From NCBI RefSeq assembly GCF_006345805.1, contig NW_021833747.1:1-64000 (forward strand): DNA of 64,000 bases. The letters run 5' to 3'. This DNA comes from Octopus sinensis (Eukaryota). The position numbers and the translations under genes were made by a program. A model generated the notes under the pieces. It was not told where the DNA came from and made no database searches. It saw only the letters and a program-made list of their open reading frames with translations. Position 1 is the stretch's first letter, and each line of letters begins with the position of its first letter. Below, piece after piece: positions 25,809 to 38,125 of the stretch.

Positions 25809-26332
25809 GATTACATGGAAAATGCGAGCAGGAAATGTCATATTCTTAAGATTATAAACCTGGAAAAGTACAGGACAAGTTATTACACCTTTAAAAGTAT
25901 AGGACAAGCTATTACTTCTAGTAAAGAAAAGAATTAGAAACGTTTTGCTTACAATATTGCAGCTTAAATTAAAATCTCAATATTAAACATTATTTTATTA
26001 TAGTTTACAAATAACACTTTACTTATTTAAGTAGAATTTGGCTGATTTACTTCTTTAAATACAGAAAAAAAGTGACTAATTAGACAAACTTACAAATTAG
26101 CTGAACAGTTTTGTACAATAAATTTAAAAGATGAGAAATGTAAAGAGTGATAAATTAGAAGAACTGGCATTCTTTGCTGCAATATTTCAAGTGAAAAGTT
26201 TTTTATTCTTTACTTTACAAGAAGTAATAGCTTGTCCTATACTTTTACAGGTGTAATAACTCGTCCTGTACTTTTCCTGCTTTATAACCTTAGGAATATT
26301 ACTTTTCATGCTCGCATTTTTCTATGTAATAC
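25809..26332. mobile_element. Fold-back element / MITE with ~155-bp imperfect TIRs
   Basis: 25809-25963 is the reverse complement (~85%) of 26176-26332, e.g. aaaagtataggacaagctattacttct / agaagtaatagcttgtcctatactttt. Confidence 0.8.
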
Positions 26333-26454
26333 ATACTAGAACAGCAAATATGAGGAACAACTCAGTTCATATTTATTTGAATGAAAAAAAATCGTCCTCT
26401 AAAATGACAACATAAGTCTAGAGTACATGTCATTTTCAATATCACTTGAGAATT

Positions 26455-26645
26455 AAGGCGGCGATCTGGGCAGAATCCAGGATTAAAATGCTTAGCGGCA
26501 TTTCGTCCGTTGCGAGTATCTGTGGTCAAATTCCGCTGAGGTCGACTTTGCCTTTCATCCTTTTGGAGTCGATAAAATAAGTACCAATTGAACACTGCGG
26601 TCGATCTAATCGACTCACACCCATCCCCTAAAATTGTTGGCCATT
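26455..26645 (+). mobile_element. SINE family A monomer
   Basis: Head and core gaggtcgactttgcctttcatcc. Confidence 0.8.
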
Positions 26646-26670
26646 TGAAATACAGGGACAATTCGATTTT

Positions 26671-26810
26671 GCCAGCTGAGTGGACTGGAGACACATGAAG
26701 TAAAGTGCTTTGCTCAAGTGCTCAAGGGCAGAAACACGTCGCCAGGAATTGAACTCACGACTTCACGATCGTGAGCCGAATACCTTAACCACTAAACCAT
26801 GCGCCTTCAC
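26671..26810 (-). mobile_element. SINE family C/E head and core
   Basis: Reverse complement of the ggcgcatggtttagtggttaagg...gagttcaattcc...ccagtccactcagctgg pattern. Confidence 0.75.
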
Positions 26811-26828
26811 ACAAACACATACACACAC

Positions 26829-26917
<89 letters not shown>

Positions 26918-27495
26918 CACACATACACACATATATATATATATACATATATATATATGTATGTATTTATGTATGTATCTTTAAATAAATGTGGGTGATG
27001 TTTCTCTGTCCATTGTGTCTTTATGTTCGTTAACTCCTCCTAGACCGTTGGTGCAAGTAAAACAAAACACAAACCACCAACTCCCTTAATCCCAGGGAAT
27101 GTCCTAAGGGTGTCTATTTTTCTCGAGATCCGCCTAAGTAGGACCCCACAAACCCCTCTATTTTTACTGCATTTTAAACTAAATACATGATATTGGAGAC
27201 CAAATCGGAGCGATGACAATGAATTTCATATCATGAACTCCCTGGGAGTTTCGCAAGACACTAAAGAGCCGCTTAAATGGGACCCCCACTGACCCCTTAT
27301 TTTAACTGCATTTACCTCGCTTCTCAGCTTATTGATTAAACTATGATCAGCATCAGTGCTTAGCATATTTGCAGAAATAAGTTTGGGCATTCTAAATACC
27401 TTCACGGACTTTCAAATCGAGATAAAGAGTTATAACAGGTACGTTTCAAGTGTGGTAGTATGGATATTTATATTTTGTAGTTTATGAAACCTATG

Positions 27496-27566
27496 TCTGT
27501 GATGATCTGGGGGGATATATCTTGGAAATCTGCCGGCACAATGTCTTCCTTCGTTGCAGAATTAAA
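27496..27566 (+). mobile_element. Short Tc1 transposase fragment, same family as 28511-29771, opposite orientation
   Basis: tctgtgatgatctggggggatatatcttggaaatctgccgg (SVMIWGDISWKSAG) matches the reverse complement of ~28970-29012. Confidence 0.7.
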
Positions 27567-27967
27567 AATCTTTCTGTTCCGGTTACAGTATCCCACTAAA
27601 GATTTGTAATAGAATTTAGAATGAGATTGAAATGAAATGTATTCTATTCATTTTATCTCAATCTCATTATTTAATTTGTTTTCGGAAATGGTGAAGTGAT
27701 GGAAAAATTATGATAGCTATCATAGTCATACATTTCACTTGCTTTGCACGAATGGAGGTTGAAGTCTAAGAATATGAAGTTAATTGATTACTGCAGTGAG
27801 TTTCGAAGCACATATAACTCCGTGAAAGTGTCGCAAATTTTCATCGTCAGGATAAAATGAAAAAAAGAAGAGGAACATGAAAAAGAGATCCCTGAAGACC
27901 TCGAAGGTGCTCTCCGCAGAAGCAGGAGCCATCCAGAATGCTGCCTCGAATAGCGACTTCAAGGCTA

Positions 27968-28000
<33 letters not shown>

Positions 28001-28165
28001 AACACATTTATATATACATATATTATATACATAATATGCATATAACTTAGATAACTTAGATATGTTTCGACCAAAGATTGGTTCAGGCCATGTCTAACTT
28101 ATAGCATTACCTGATAGGATTATTTGAATCCTGTTTATATATATATACTTATCTATTTTATATCC

Positions 28166-28215
<50 letters not shown>

Positions 28216-28218
28216 GTT

Positions 28219-28266
<48 letters not shown>

Positions 28267-28460
28267 GTATTTATATATATATATTAATATATATATTTTA
28301 TATAATATTGTATATATTATATATATATATAATGTAATTATATATTGTATATATTATATATATATGTATATATATATTGTATATATTATATATATATATG
28401 TATATATATACATATATATATATATTATATATATATATATTATACACACACACACCACAC

Positions 28461-28510
<50 letters not shown>

Positions 28511-28512
<2 letters not shown>

Positions 28513-29771
28513 GGGGTTGGACAAAATAATGGAAACACCTTAAAATTTCAAACAAGTTTATTTTAATTTAAGGTAGGACCGTCTTTAGCAGTAATTACAG
28601 CTTGAATTCTACGAGAGATGGAGAGGTACAAAGTTTGAATTGTTATCAAAGGAATTTTTGTCCATTCTTCAGCTAAAACAATCTCCAGTTCTTGTAGTGA
28701 TGATGGTGGAGGATATCGACTCCTTACTTTGTTTTCTAAAATGCACCATAAATGTTCAATAATAATGAGATCTGTGGACTGTGGTGGCCAGATAAGATGT
28801 TCCTTGTGCCATTCAGTAACAACTTTAGCTGTGTGAATTGGTGCATTATCATCTTGAAAGATTTCGTTCCTCTCCGGAAACAGTTCCGCAACCATAGGAT
28901 GAATTTGATCAGATAAAATGCTTAAATAGTCTTGACTATTAATACTACCATGAAGGGAAACCCTTGGACCGGCGGATTTCCAAGATATAGCCCCCGCCCA
29001 GATCATCACAGAATCCTCCTCCACGTTTAACAGTTGGAGGAAGGCAGTCTGGGTCAGATGCATCTTTTAGCAGTTGTCCATACGTATACTCAGCTGCTGG
29101 TTGGAAATAAGGTAAAGTTTAACTCGTCCAAGAAGATAACATTCTTCTATTGCTCTAAGGACCAATTCTGTAGGTTTTTACTCAACTCTAAACGCTTTGC
29201 AACGCTTGTTTTTGAAAGTAGTGGTTTTCTGATTGCAGCCCTCCAGTGAAATCCGGCTTTGTGCAGCTCCCGGCGAACAGTTTTTGTGGAAACTGGGTTC
29301 CTGAGGTGGTCATTAAGCACTGCAGTAGTTTTGGGAGCTGTACTTTTGTGATCCTTTCTAACAATTCGTATAAGAGTCCGACGGTCCCTATCTGAAAGTT
29401 TTGGTTTTCTTCCGGAGTTTTGCTTCGACGAGAAGGCTCTTCTCTCTTTCTGAAAGGCTGTCATTACTTTCGAGACACTGCTTCTTGATATACCAAACAT
29501 TTTGGCTGTTTTCGTTACGCTAGCGCCTGCCATACGAGCACCAACAATTTGACCAATTTTAAAGTTCGATAGATTTGTCATTTTAATGAATTTTAACTAC
29601 CTTTTTCTGATGATATCTGAAAAGAAAGAGCAATGTTAGCAAACCATATTAAGCAACACTAATTATAAATTTAAGAAAATATAAAAAAAACAAGCTTTTG
29701 ATGGTTTTATAAATATTTCAAAATTATGATGCTATGATACTAGGTGTTTCCATTATTTTGTCCACCTCCTG
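28511..29771 (-). mobile_element. Tc1-family DNA transposon, full-length, inactive
   Basis: 30-bp TIRs (t/c)agg(gg/ag)(t/g)tggacaaaataatggaaacacct with TA on both sides. HTH region 29147-29581, a TAG in place of Trp, then IFLDE, a frameshift, and the DDE region 28563-29063 (FQDDNAPIH...WPPQSTDLIIIEHLW). Confidence 0.95.
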
Positions 29772-30772
29772 TATATACATATATACCATGCAGTTAAATA
29801 GTCACTGGAGTTATCATTGACTCAAGGGAAGGCTTAGTAGCATCGATACATAAAAAAGTTGAGGGGCTGCGATAGAAATTCTGACTTGCATAATTTAATA
29901 TGAATTTCAAGGGCATCTATGAGACTTTCATATAAAAGGAAAAAAGATATTGGTTCGTAACAGAAATTAATACATGTCAAAACTATTATCAGTATTAATT
30001 AACCTACATTTGTCCGCTAGTCTGCCTTATACTATTCATAAGTGGATCGTTCTTCATCGAAGTATTGAAATTCTCAAATCAGAAAACTTTTCTGACAGGA
30101 TAATACCACGTGACTTATTTTGTACATGATTTCCACAAAGGCGGCGGTAATGTTATGTAGGAGCATGAAGAGCCCTGCAGAGCAGAGGAATGTGTGAGAT
30201 AAGAACCAGAGACAAATATCAAGCATTCTTTGTTTGGTACTATATCCGAAAATTCTTAACAGAATAAAACACCATACAGAAAGTCAGTCGGAATTTAAAT
30301 CACAACTTGCTGAAGCTTCGTCTCTATAGTTACTAGAAAACCTATCAGGTGGTACATCACGAGTGGGTTGCTTGTGTTTAACGAATGTGTATGTGTATGC
30401 GTGTATGTAACAAAGTAACAGAATAGTTTGTTGAAAGAGATGACAAGAGTAGATACGAGAAACACAGGGAAGCATATTCAAGCCGGTGTATTTCAGTTAA
30501 ATGAATTACTAAATAATTACTGCAAAGATGCAATAAATTTCTGGTTGTATTGTATTTCAGTATAGTACGGATTGCAGCGTTTAGAGGGAAAGTATGAAAA
30601 TAAAATCAGTCACAAGATGTTCTGCACATGAGATAGAAGTGGCATAAAATTTATAGCTTGTTCATTGATATCGTCTGCTTAGGATATTATAATTATGTTA
30701 GCATGAATGGCAATATAGCACAGGCCGTGATACGGAGAGGGATCGTGGCCTAGTTGTTACGGTATTACACTC

Positions 30773-31160
30773 AAGGCGACGAGGTGGCAGAAACGTTAGC
30801 ACGCCGGGCGAAATGCTTAGCAGTATTTCGTCTGCCGCTACGTTCTGCGTTCAAATTCCGGGGTCGATTAAATAAGTACCAGTTACGCACTGAGGTCGAT
30901 CTAATCGATTTAATCCATTTGTCTGTCCTTGTTTGTCTTCTCTGTGTTTAGCCTCTTGTGGGTAGTAAAGAAATAGGTATTTCGTCTGCCACTACGTTCT
31001 GAGTTCAAATTCCGCCGAGATCGACTTTGCCTTTCATCCTTTCGGAGTTGATTAAATAAGTACCAGTTACGCACTGGGGTCAATATAATCGACTTAATCG
31101 GTTTGTCTGTCCTTGTTTGTCCTCTCTGTGTTTAGCCCCTTGTGGGTAGCAAAGAAATAG
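30773..31160 (+). mobile_element. SINE family A dimer nested in another tRNA-like SINE head
   Basis: 12-bp TSD ggtattacactc at 30761-30772 and 31160-31171; the host reads gatcgtggcctagttgttac...ggtttcgattccc. Confidence 0.85.
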
Positions 31161-31406
31161 GTATTACACTCTCGCTCATATGGTTGTGGTTTCGATTCCC
31201 GGGCAGTGAGTTGTATACTCTCTTTTTTATGTTAACACTTCATTTCAACTCAGTTATAAATGAGTAATCATACGATGGATTGACTAGGTTTCCGGTCCGA
31301 AAGAACGTGGTGACCTCGGTCACATATATGGATAACCGTCACTATAAAGTCTTGGACTCGAGACTGGGAGTAACGACGCTGATGTGATACAGAGGAGTAT
31401 TATGCT

Positions 31407-31591
31407 CATTATTTACAATGGACGGATAGGTGTCCTCACCTTGTTTGTTGTTACCACAACGTTTCGGCTGATGTTCTCTCCAGCCTTCATCAGGTGTTCT
31501 GGTGGGGATGAAGGCTGAAGAGTACATCAGCCGAAATGAAGTGATAACAGCAAATAAGCTGAGGACTCCTATCCGTCCATTGTAAATAATG
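31407..31591. repeat. 85-bp inverted repeat of two hammerhead-bearing Penelope-LTR-like segments
   Basis: 31407-31491 (minus copy) and 31507-31591 (plus copy), 15-bp spacer. Confidence 0.85.
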
Positions 31592-32499
31592 TAGATAATT
31601 CCTCACCTAAAATATATAGAATAGAGTATTATGCTATCAAGGGTGTTCTGAGATTGCCTCTATTAAAATACAAGCAACGAAAACAATAAAGGCACCATTA
31701 TAAATAACATAGTGTCTTGCTTCAAAAATCAGTACCAGTTACGCACTGGGGTCAATATAATTGACTTAATCCGTTTGTCTGTCCTTGTTTGTCCTCCCTG
31801 TGTTTAGCCCCTTGTGGGTAATAAAGAAATAGGTATTACACTCACGTTCATATGGTTGTGGCTTCGATTCCCGGGTAGTGAGTCGTATACTGTACTACAT
31901 GGACTACAATTTTATTGGTTGTGGGTAAGGGAAGAAATAAGACAAAGTAAAATTGCTACAAGAAATTTCATTAGAAATTCAAATGGAAATTCTATTGAAA
32001 TTGGTTGTGTACAATTGAACAGAAATCTAGTGAAAACGATAAGCCAAAGAATAGTTCCAGTGTCTGGATATGTGATGAATGCAAGTATATATTCAACAAA
32101 ACAGGACAAGATGTGCTTCATAGAATCATTAATAGAATCCCATGAGGGAACATCCAGGTACGCAGATAAACAAATGTTGAAAAGCAATTCCTGACAAGGA
32201 AAATGGAACGAGTTGTGTGAAGTCTCTGTAAGGAATCAAGTTTTCTTATTTATTCCTGGCACATCATACACTCTTATCACTAGTTGGAACGGTATTCTAT
32301 ATACAAAGTGTAGAATCTTATATAAAGGAATCGATAAATACTGCACGGAACAGTTAACTATGGCTGTCAGTCGTAATCGCAGGTTACAAGGTATCAGCAT
32401 GTACTATGCCAATGGTTCGAAAACTTTTCACTTTCAAAGACCCCTTTTTAATTAAATGAATTTTCCCCCACGGATCCCTTTTATTGTCCTTATCCGTAT

Positions 32500-32907
32500 T
32501 CTTTTATTATTTTACTTGCTTCCGTCATTTTGACTGTAGCCATACTGGAGCACTGCTATTTATTAGTCGAAGAAATCGACCCCTGGACTTATTGCATGTA
32601 CGCCTGGTATTTATTCTATCGGTCTCTTTGGCCGAACCGCTATATCACAGGGACATAAACACACCAGCATCGGCCGTCAAGCAATGGTGCAGGGACAAAC
32701 TCAAACAGAAGCGCACAAATACACACAGACACACACACACACACATATATAAGACAGGCTTCTTTTAGTTTCCGTCTACCAAATCCATTCACAAAGCTTT
32801 ATTCGGCCCGAGGTTATAGTAGAAGGCACTTGCCCAAGGTGCCAGGTCCAAAGTAGAACAATCTGGAACCATGTGGTTGGGAAGCAAGCTTTTTAACACA
32901 CAGCCAC
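32500..32907 (-). mobile_element. SINE family B
   Basis: Reverse complement of the family B pattern. Confidence 0.85.
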
Positions 32908-32944
32908 GTATGTATATATATATATGTGTGTATATATTTATATG

Positions 32945-33565
32945 GGTTAGCGGAAATATTCGTCGATACATTCAAGAGAGCCTTAAGGAAGACCAGATGG
33001 GAAATCTTTGAAGATACAAATATGACAAAGTTTTTTCAGGTGTATAGAATAACACCGAATGCAAATGCAGAGTCGGGTAGGCCACCCGCAAATTTGATGT
33101 TTTCCAGAAAAATTCGTTCTATTTTTGACAAATGGTTGCCGAGCAGGAAACAGAAAATAGAAACTTCCGGAAGAAATACGAAATTTTTTAACATAGGTGA
33201 CAAAGTGTATTTTAAAATATATAGTAACGGAAAACAGGACTGGGAACAAGCAAGTATAACTGGACGTCTGTGTAACGTGGTGTACATGGTAAAAGGACCA
33301 AAATATGAACACAGAAGGGATTTAAACCAATAAAAATGAGAAAGATATACCAAAAACCAAGAGAGGCGAGAAGAACCAATGGATTTATGGCATGATTTGT
33401 TCCAGGTCCCAGAACCACAAGCAAAAGCAGAACCGACACGTGGGTCGAACAGGAAGAGAAAACCTACAGAAATGATGGAAATTAACGCTAAGAGAAGATA
33501 TGCCAGTTTCTCACCGAAGAAATAAAATTGATAAATTTGGATTTAAAAAACTCAAAAGGGGGAGG
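32945..33565 (+). mobile_element. Gypsy/Ty3 LTR retrotransposon remnant: integrase C-terminus and polypurine tract
   Basis: GLAEIFVDTFKRAL, YRITPN, SGRPPANLMFSRKIRS, FNIGDKVY; PPT aaaagggggagg ends at 33565, immediately before TG. Confidence 0.85.
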
Positions 33566-33885
33566 TGTTGTGTGGACGTTCCTAGACGATGAAGTAGGCA
33601 AGCCTAATACGTGGATATAGAAGGAGAAGCCTAGACGTAGGGCAGCAGTCGGAAGAGTAGAGTAGAGTAGTGTTGAGTAGAAGGCATCCGAACGTGCGAC
33701 ATAACAAGTCGCAAGAAGACTTACGACTTACGACATTTTTGCTTAATAGCAACGACAGACCTAGTTGGAGGCTCAACATTCCGCTTTCTTTTACAGTGTT
33801 CAGAAAAATGCGACTGCTGCAGTTGTATGAATCTGAGGGTGGAATATGTTGCATAAAATCATAATTAACCGATCCTCCTTCAACA
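33566..33885 (+). mobile_element. 3' LTR of the Gypsy remnant (320 bp)
   Basis: Begins tgttg directly after the PPT and ends caaca (5-bp inverted termini); no 5' LTR seen in the window. Confidence 0.75.
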
Positions 33886-34705
33886 GCAGGGCAAACTGGA
33901 GCAACGGGAAAATTGTGTTGTTTAAGAACACAGCACACCCTAACCACAAGGCTACACGCCTTCCCTCCCCGGAAATGATACTGTTGCATTAAAAGAGAAG
34001 CAGAAGATGCATTTGTTAATGTCGAAGGGATAATAAGTGATCGAGAAATCAGGAGAATGAATTCAATATGAAATGACATTTTAAAAAATCAAAACATAAT
34101 TTTTTACAATTCCAGAGCTAAAACGAAATTTACTCTGCAGATTAAATTATGTAAAAGTTATAGTTTTAAAAAATTATTGGTAAATTAAGTTGTTACTTAA
34201 ATTTTTTTTAAAAACTTGTTTCTGTGTGAGGCATGCAAGAAAATAATTTACGGTGAAAGTGATATCGAATTTGTGCAACTCGTATAAAGACATGGTATTT
34301 AATTCATTATTTGCGTTTTTTTAAAAATCATTTTCAGAAACAAAATATTTGTGGAGAATGATTATAATAAAAGGCATAACAATGCGTTCATCATTTCTAC
34401 AGTAGCTTTAGAAATGCAAAGCCATGTTGTAGCATTGTTTTTATAAAACAGTTATGAGATAGAAGGAAATTTCTGTAGAATACAGAAAACGCCACTGAAT
34501 TGAGAATTTGAAAAGCCCCACGCAAAATTTTGAATGCATTAGCCAGTGACCTGATTTATGTTCAAGGGATACTATCAGAAGCCAAAAGTCTGCTTTGACA
34601 TTGTATTTCAGTGTCCAGGATCGAGATCAATCTATTAAGGGCTTAGTTAGAAATATAGACTTACAAAAGCATTGAAGACCAAAATTCTCGACAGAGTGAA
34701 TGATA

Positions 34706-34876
34706 GGCGTAGGAGTGGCTGTGTGGTAAGTAGCTTGCTAACCAACCACATGGTTCCGGGTTCAGTCCCACTGCGTGGCACCTTGGGCAAGTGTCTTCTG
34801 CTATAGCCCCGGGCCGACCAATGCCTTGTGAGTGGATTTGGTAGACGGAAACTGAAAGAAGACTGTCGTATATATG

Positions 34877-34907
<31 letters not shown>

Positions 34908-35117
34908 TTGTGTGTTTGTGTTTGTCCCCCTAGCATTGCTTGACAATCGATGCTGGTGTGTTTACGTCCCCGTCACTTAGCGGTTCGGCAAAAGAGACCG
35001 ATAGAATAAGTACTGGGCTTACAAAGAATAAGCCCCGGGGTCGATTTGCTCGACTAAAGGCGGTGCTCCAGCATGGCCGCAGTCAAATGACTGAAACAAG
35101 TAAAAGAGTAAAAGAGT
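34706..35117 (+). mobile_element. SINE family B, full length
   Basis: A box gtggctgtgtggtaag, B box gggttcagtccc, ccttgggcaagt motif, internal (TA)(TG) run, (taaaagag) tail. Confidence 0.9.
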
Positions 35118-35241
35118 ATCGTAAACAAATTCAATTGGTGACCAGATAGCATTAGCACCAAATAAATGCCACTGTATATTGCATTCATGGATTCAAACTT
35201 TAAAGACTTTATCTAATTCAGCTGCAATTATATGATAACCA

Positions 35242-35565
35242 TGAGGGCGCGTGGCTTAGTGGTTAGGGCATTCGGCTCATGATCGTAAGGTTGTGAGTTC
35301 GATTCCCGGCGATGCGTTGTGTCCTTGAGCAAGACACTTTATTTCACGTTGCTCCAGTCCACTCAGCTGGCAAAAATGAGTTGTACTTGTATTTCAAAGG
35401 GTCAGCCTTGTCACTCTCTGTGTCACGCTGATTATCCCCGAGAACTACGTTAAGGGTACACGTGTCTGTGGAATGCTCAGCCATTTGCACGTTAATTTCA
35501 CGAGCAAGCTGTTCTGTTGATCGTATCAGCTGGGACCCTCGTCGTCGTAACCGGCGGAGTCTTTA
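35242..35565 (+). mobile_element. SINE family C, full length
   Basis: A box tggcttagtgg, B box gagttcgattc, core gtgtccttgagcaagacacttt; 12-bp TSD atatgataacca at 35230-35241 and 35566-35577. Confidence 0.9.
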
Positions 35566-35916
35566 ATATGATAACCAGATACTGAATATCAACACAGTCG
35601 AAGGCTTCGGTGGATCTAAGTTGGATTCTCAATTCAACATCATTAGATTCTTTCTCTCACAGCTTCTCTAAGATCCATCACATTGGGTGGAGGTTGTCCT
35701 TAGAGTCGATATGCTGCGATTCAAATATATTTGCTCAATTTCGACGATATTAGTAAGTCAATCACTACCGACTTTTCAAATGCCATAGCCGACTTTTAAC
35801 CTTGTATTTAATAGAGACAGGCCCCTAAATTAAAGATTACTTCTTGTTAGTCTCTGTCCTTCCATAAACGTGATGACTTCTCAGTTCGTATAGCTATATC
35901 TGCTAGTCAGTATATC

Positions 35917-36133
35917 ATCATTATTCTTTAACGTCCGTTTTTCCATGCTGGCATGGGCTGGATGGTTTGACTAGAGCTGGCAAGCTGGGGAGCTGCACCA
36001 GACACCAGTCTGACTTGGCATGGTTTCTATGGCTGGATGTCCTTCCTAACACCAACCTCTTTACAGTGTGTGCCGGGTGCTTTTAACATGGCACTGGCAC
36101 GAGCGATTTTACATGGCATTGGTACAAAACTCT
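35917..36133 (-). mobile_element. 5'-truncated retroposon with RTE-like 3' tail
   Basis: tttaacgtccgtttttccatgctggcatggg...ggctggatgtccttcctaacaccaacc and a (tga/taa)-type tail; the RTE resemblance is from memory. Confidence 0.55.
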
Positions 36134-36822
36134 TTGTATTTAATAAAGACAGGCCCCTAAATTAAAGATTACTTCTGATTAGTCTCTATCCTTCCACAAA
36201 CGTGATGACTTCTCAGCTCGTATAGCTATAACTGCTAATCACTATATAACCTTAGTATATTTGAGATCTCGCTATCTTTTGACTAGAATATACAGGGGTG
36301 GCCTCGTGTCTCTTAATCACTTTCAAGTCTTCAATTAATGATTAGCTTCTCAGCTTATCTTACTCCTTCAGCAATTAACAATTAATTGAATATTCACATG
36401 AAGGCACAGGTATGGCTCTGTGTTTAAGACTCTCGCTTTGCTATCACATGGTTTGACCTCATTCCCACAGTAGGAAACGTCGAGTAAGTATCTCTTGCAA
36501 TAGCCCCAAGTCGACCAATCGACCAATGCCTTGTGAGTGGATTCGATAATCGGAAATTCTGGGGAAAACCGCCGTCGATATATGCATGCACCTTTGTACT
36601 GTTCACTCCTAACACCTGACAAACCGGTGCTGCTTTTTCACGCTCCTTTTCCTTAGCAATTCTGCAAAAGGATCAAATAGAATAACTGCCAAACTTTAAA
36701 AAATAAGTACTAGGGGTTATTTGTTCTACTAAACACTTTCCTTGCGGTGGCCCTACATGGCGGTGGTTCAATGACTGAAACAAAAAAAAAAATGCTAAAT
36801 GAACATGGACATCGTAAATATA

Positions 36823-37051
36823 TATTTCTTTGACCACAAGGGGCTAAACATAGAGGGGACAAACAAGGACAGACAAAGGTATTAAGTCGACTACATCGAC
36901 CCCAGTGCGTAACTGGTACTTTATTTATCGACCCCGAAAGTATGAAAGGCAAAGTCGACCTCGGCGGAATTTGAACTCAGAACGTAACGGCAGAGGAAAT
37001 ACCGCTAAGCATTTCGCCCGGCGTGCTAACGTTTCTGATAGCTCGCCGCCT
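36823..37051 (-). mobile_element. SINE family A monomer
   Basis: 14-bp TSD acatcgtaaatata at 36809-36822 and 37056-37069. Confidence 0.85.
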
Positions 37052-37713
37052 TAAAACATCGTAAATATAAACAGTGGACACTAATGGCCCACATTTCTGG
37101 ATATTATATCTAGCTCTATATCAAAACTATTCATGGATATCGTTATCATATAATCGAAGGCAGAAACACGCTTTTATACCTTTCTGTCGTACACAAATGA
37201 ACTGAAGTTGATCGAACTATCCTGCAGAGAAGCCTTAAATTTTTTTGTCTCTCTCTCGGCAAATCCATTTATGTCACTTTTGAACAGTGTTTAATGCATA
37301 GTTGATTTCTCTACTTCCGTTTAGCTGGGTTTAGAGTTGCAAGCATTTAAGCTTTGCTCGTGTGTTAATAATTTAAATACATCATCATTCTTATGTTGGG
37401 TATTACAGAAATTGATGTCGTTTGCTACAAACTTTTGGGATTGAAAACCATTGTCTGGAAGAGTAAATCCATATTTTTAAGTGTTTAACGCTAGAGTAAG
37501 TATCCGGTTTTCGGCTCAGTTCAGAAGGATCTCCTGCAAAGGATCAGCGTCCTGGCCAGGGGGTTTATTGCGAGGAAATTTCAAATGTGCCATGGAAAAT
37601 TTGGGGCTGATGTATTCTAGGGTTCAAGGGCTGATAGACCATAGAGAGAGTTAAAAATAGTGAAAGGAAGTGAGAATGGGAAAAGAAACTGTGGAACAAG
37701 GAGAAAGGTATAC

Positions 37714-38125
37714 AGGAGTGGCTGTGTGGTAAGTAGCTTGCTAACCAACCACATGGTTCCGGGTTCAGTCCCACTGCGTGGCACCTTGGGCAAGTGTCTT
37801 CTGCTATAGCCCCGGGTCGACCAATGCCTTGTGAGTGGATTTGGTAGACGGAAACTGAAAGAAGCCTGTCGTATATATGTATATATATATATATATGTGT
37901 GTGTTTGTTTGTGTGTCTGTATTTGTCGCCCTAGCATTGCTTGACAACCGATGCTGGTGTGTTTACGTCCCCGTCACCTAGCGAATCGGCAAAAGAGACC
38001 GATAGAATAAGTACTGGGCTTACAAAGAATAAGTCCCGGGGTCGAGTGGCTCGACTAAAAGGCGGTGCTCCAGCATGGCCGCAGTCAAATGACTGAAACA
38101 AGTAAAAGAATAAAGAAAGAATAAA
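37714..38125 (+). mobile_element. SINE family B, full length
   Basis: Collinear and highly similar to 34706-35117. Confidence 0.9.

Noticed and set aside
27100-27450. Possible non-autonomous DNA transposon (internal repeat ggacccc...tttt(t/a)actgcattt)
   Set aside because: No TIRs or TSD could be defined.
31925-32150. Possible piggyBac C-terminal Cys-rich remnant (NCYKK ... ICDECK); also QSEFKSQLAEA near 30285
   Set aside because: Motifs are short and broken by stops, with no TTAA/CCC termini; too weak to call.
35242-35315. tRNA genes (this and the other A/B-box heads)
   Set aside because: No closed acceptor stem; each continues into a SINE core and tail, and several have TSDs.
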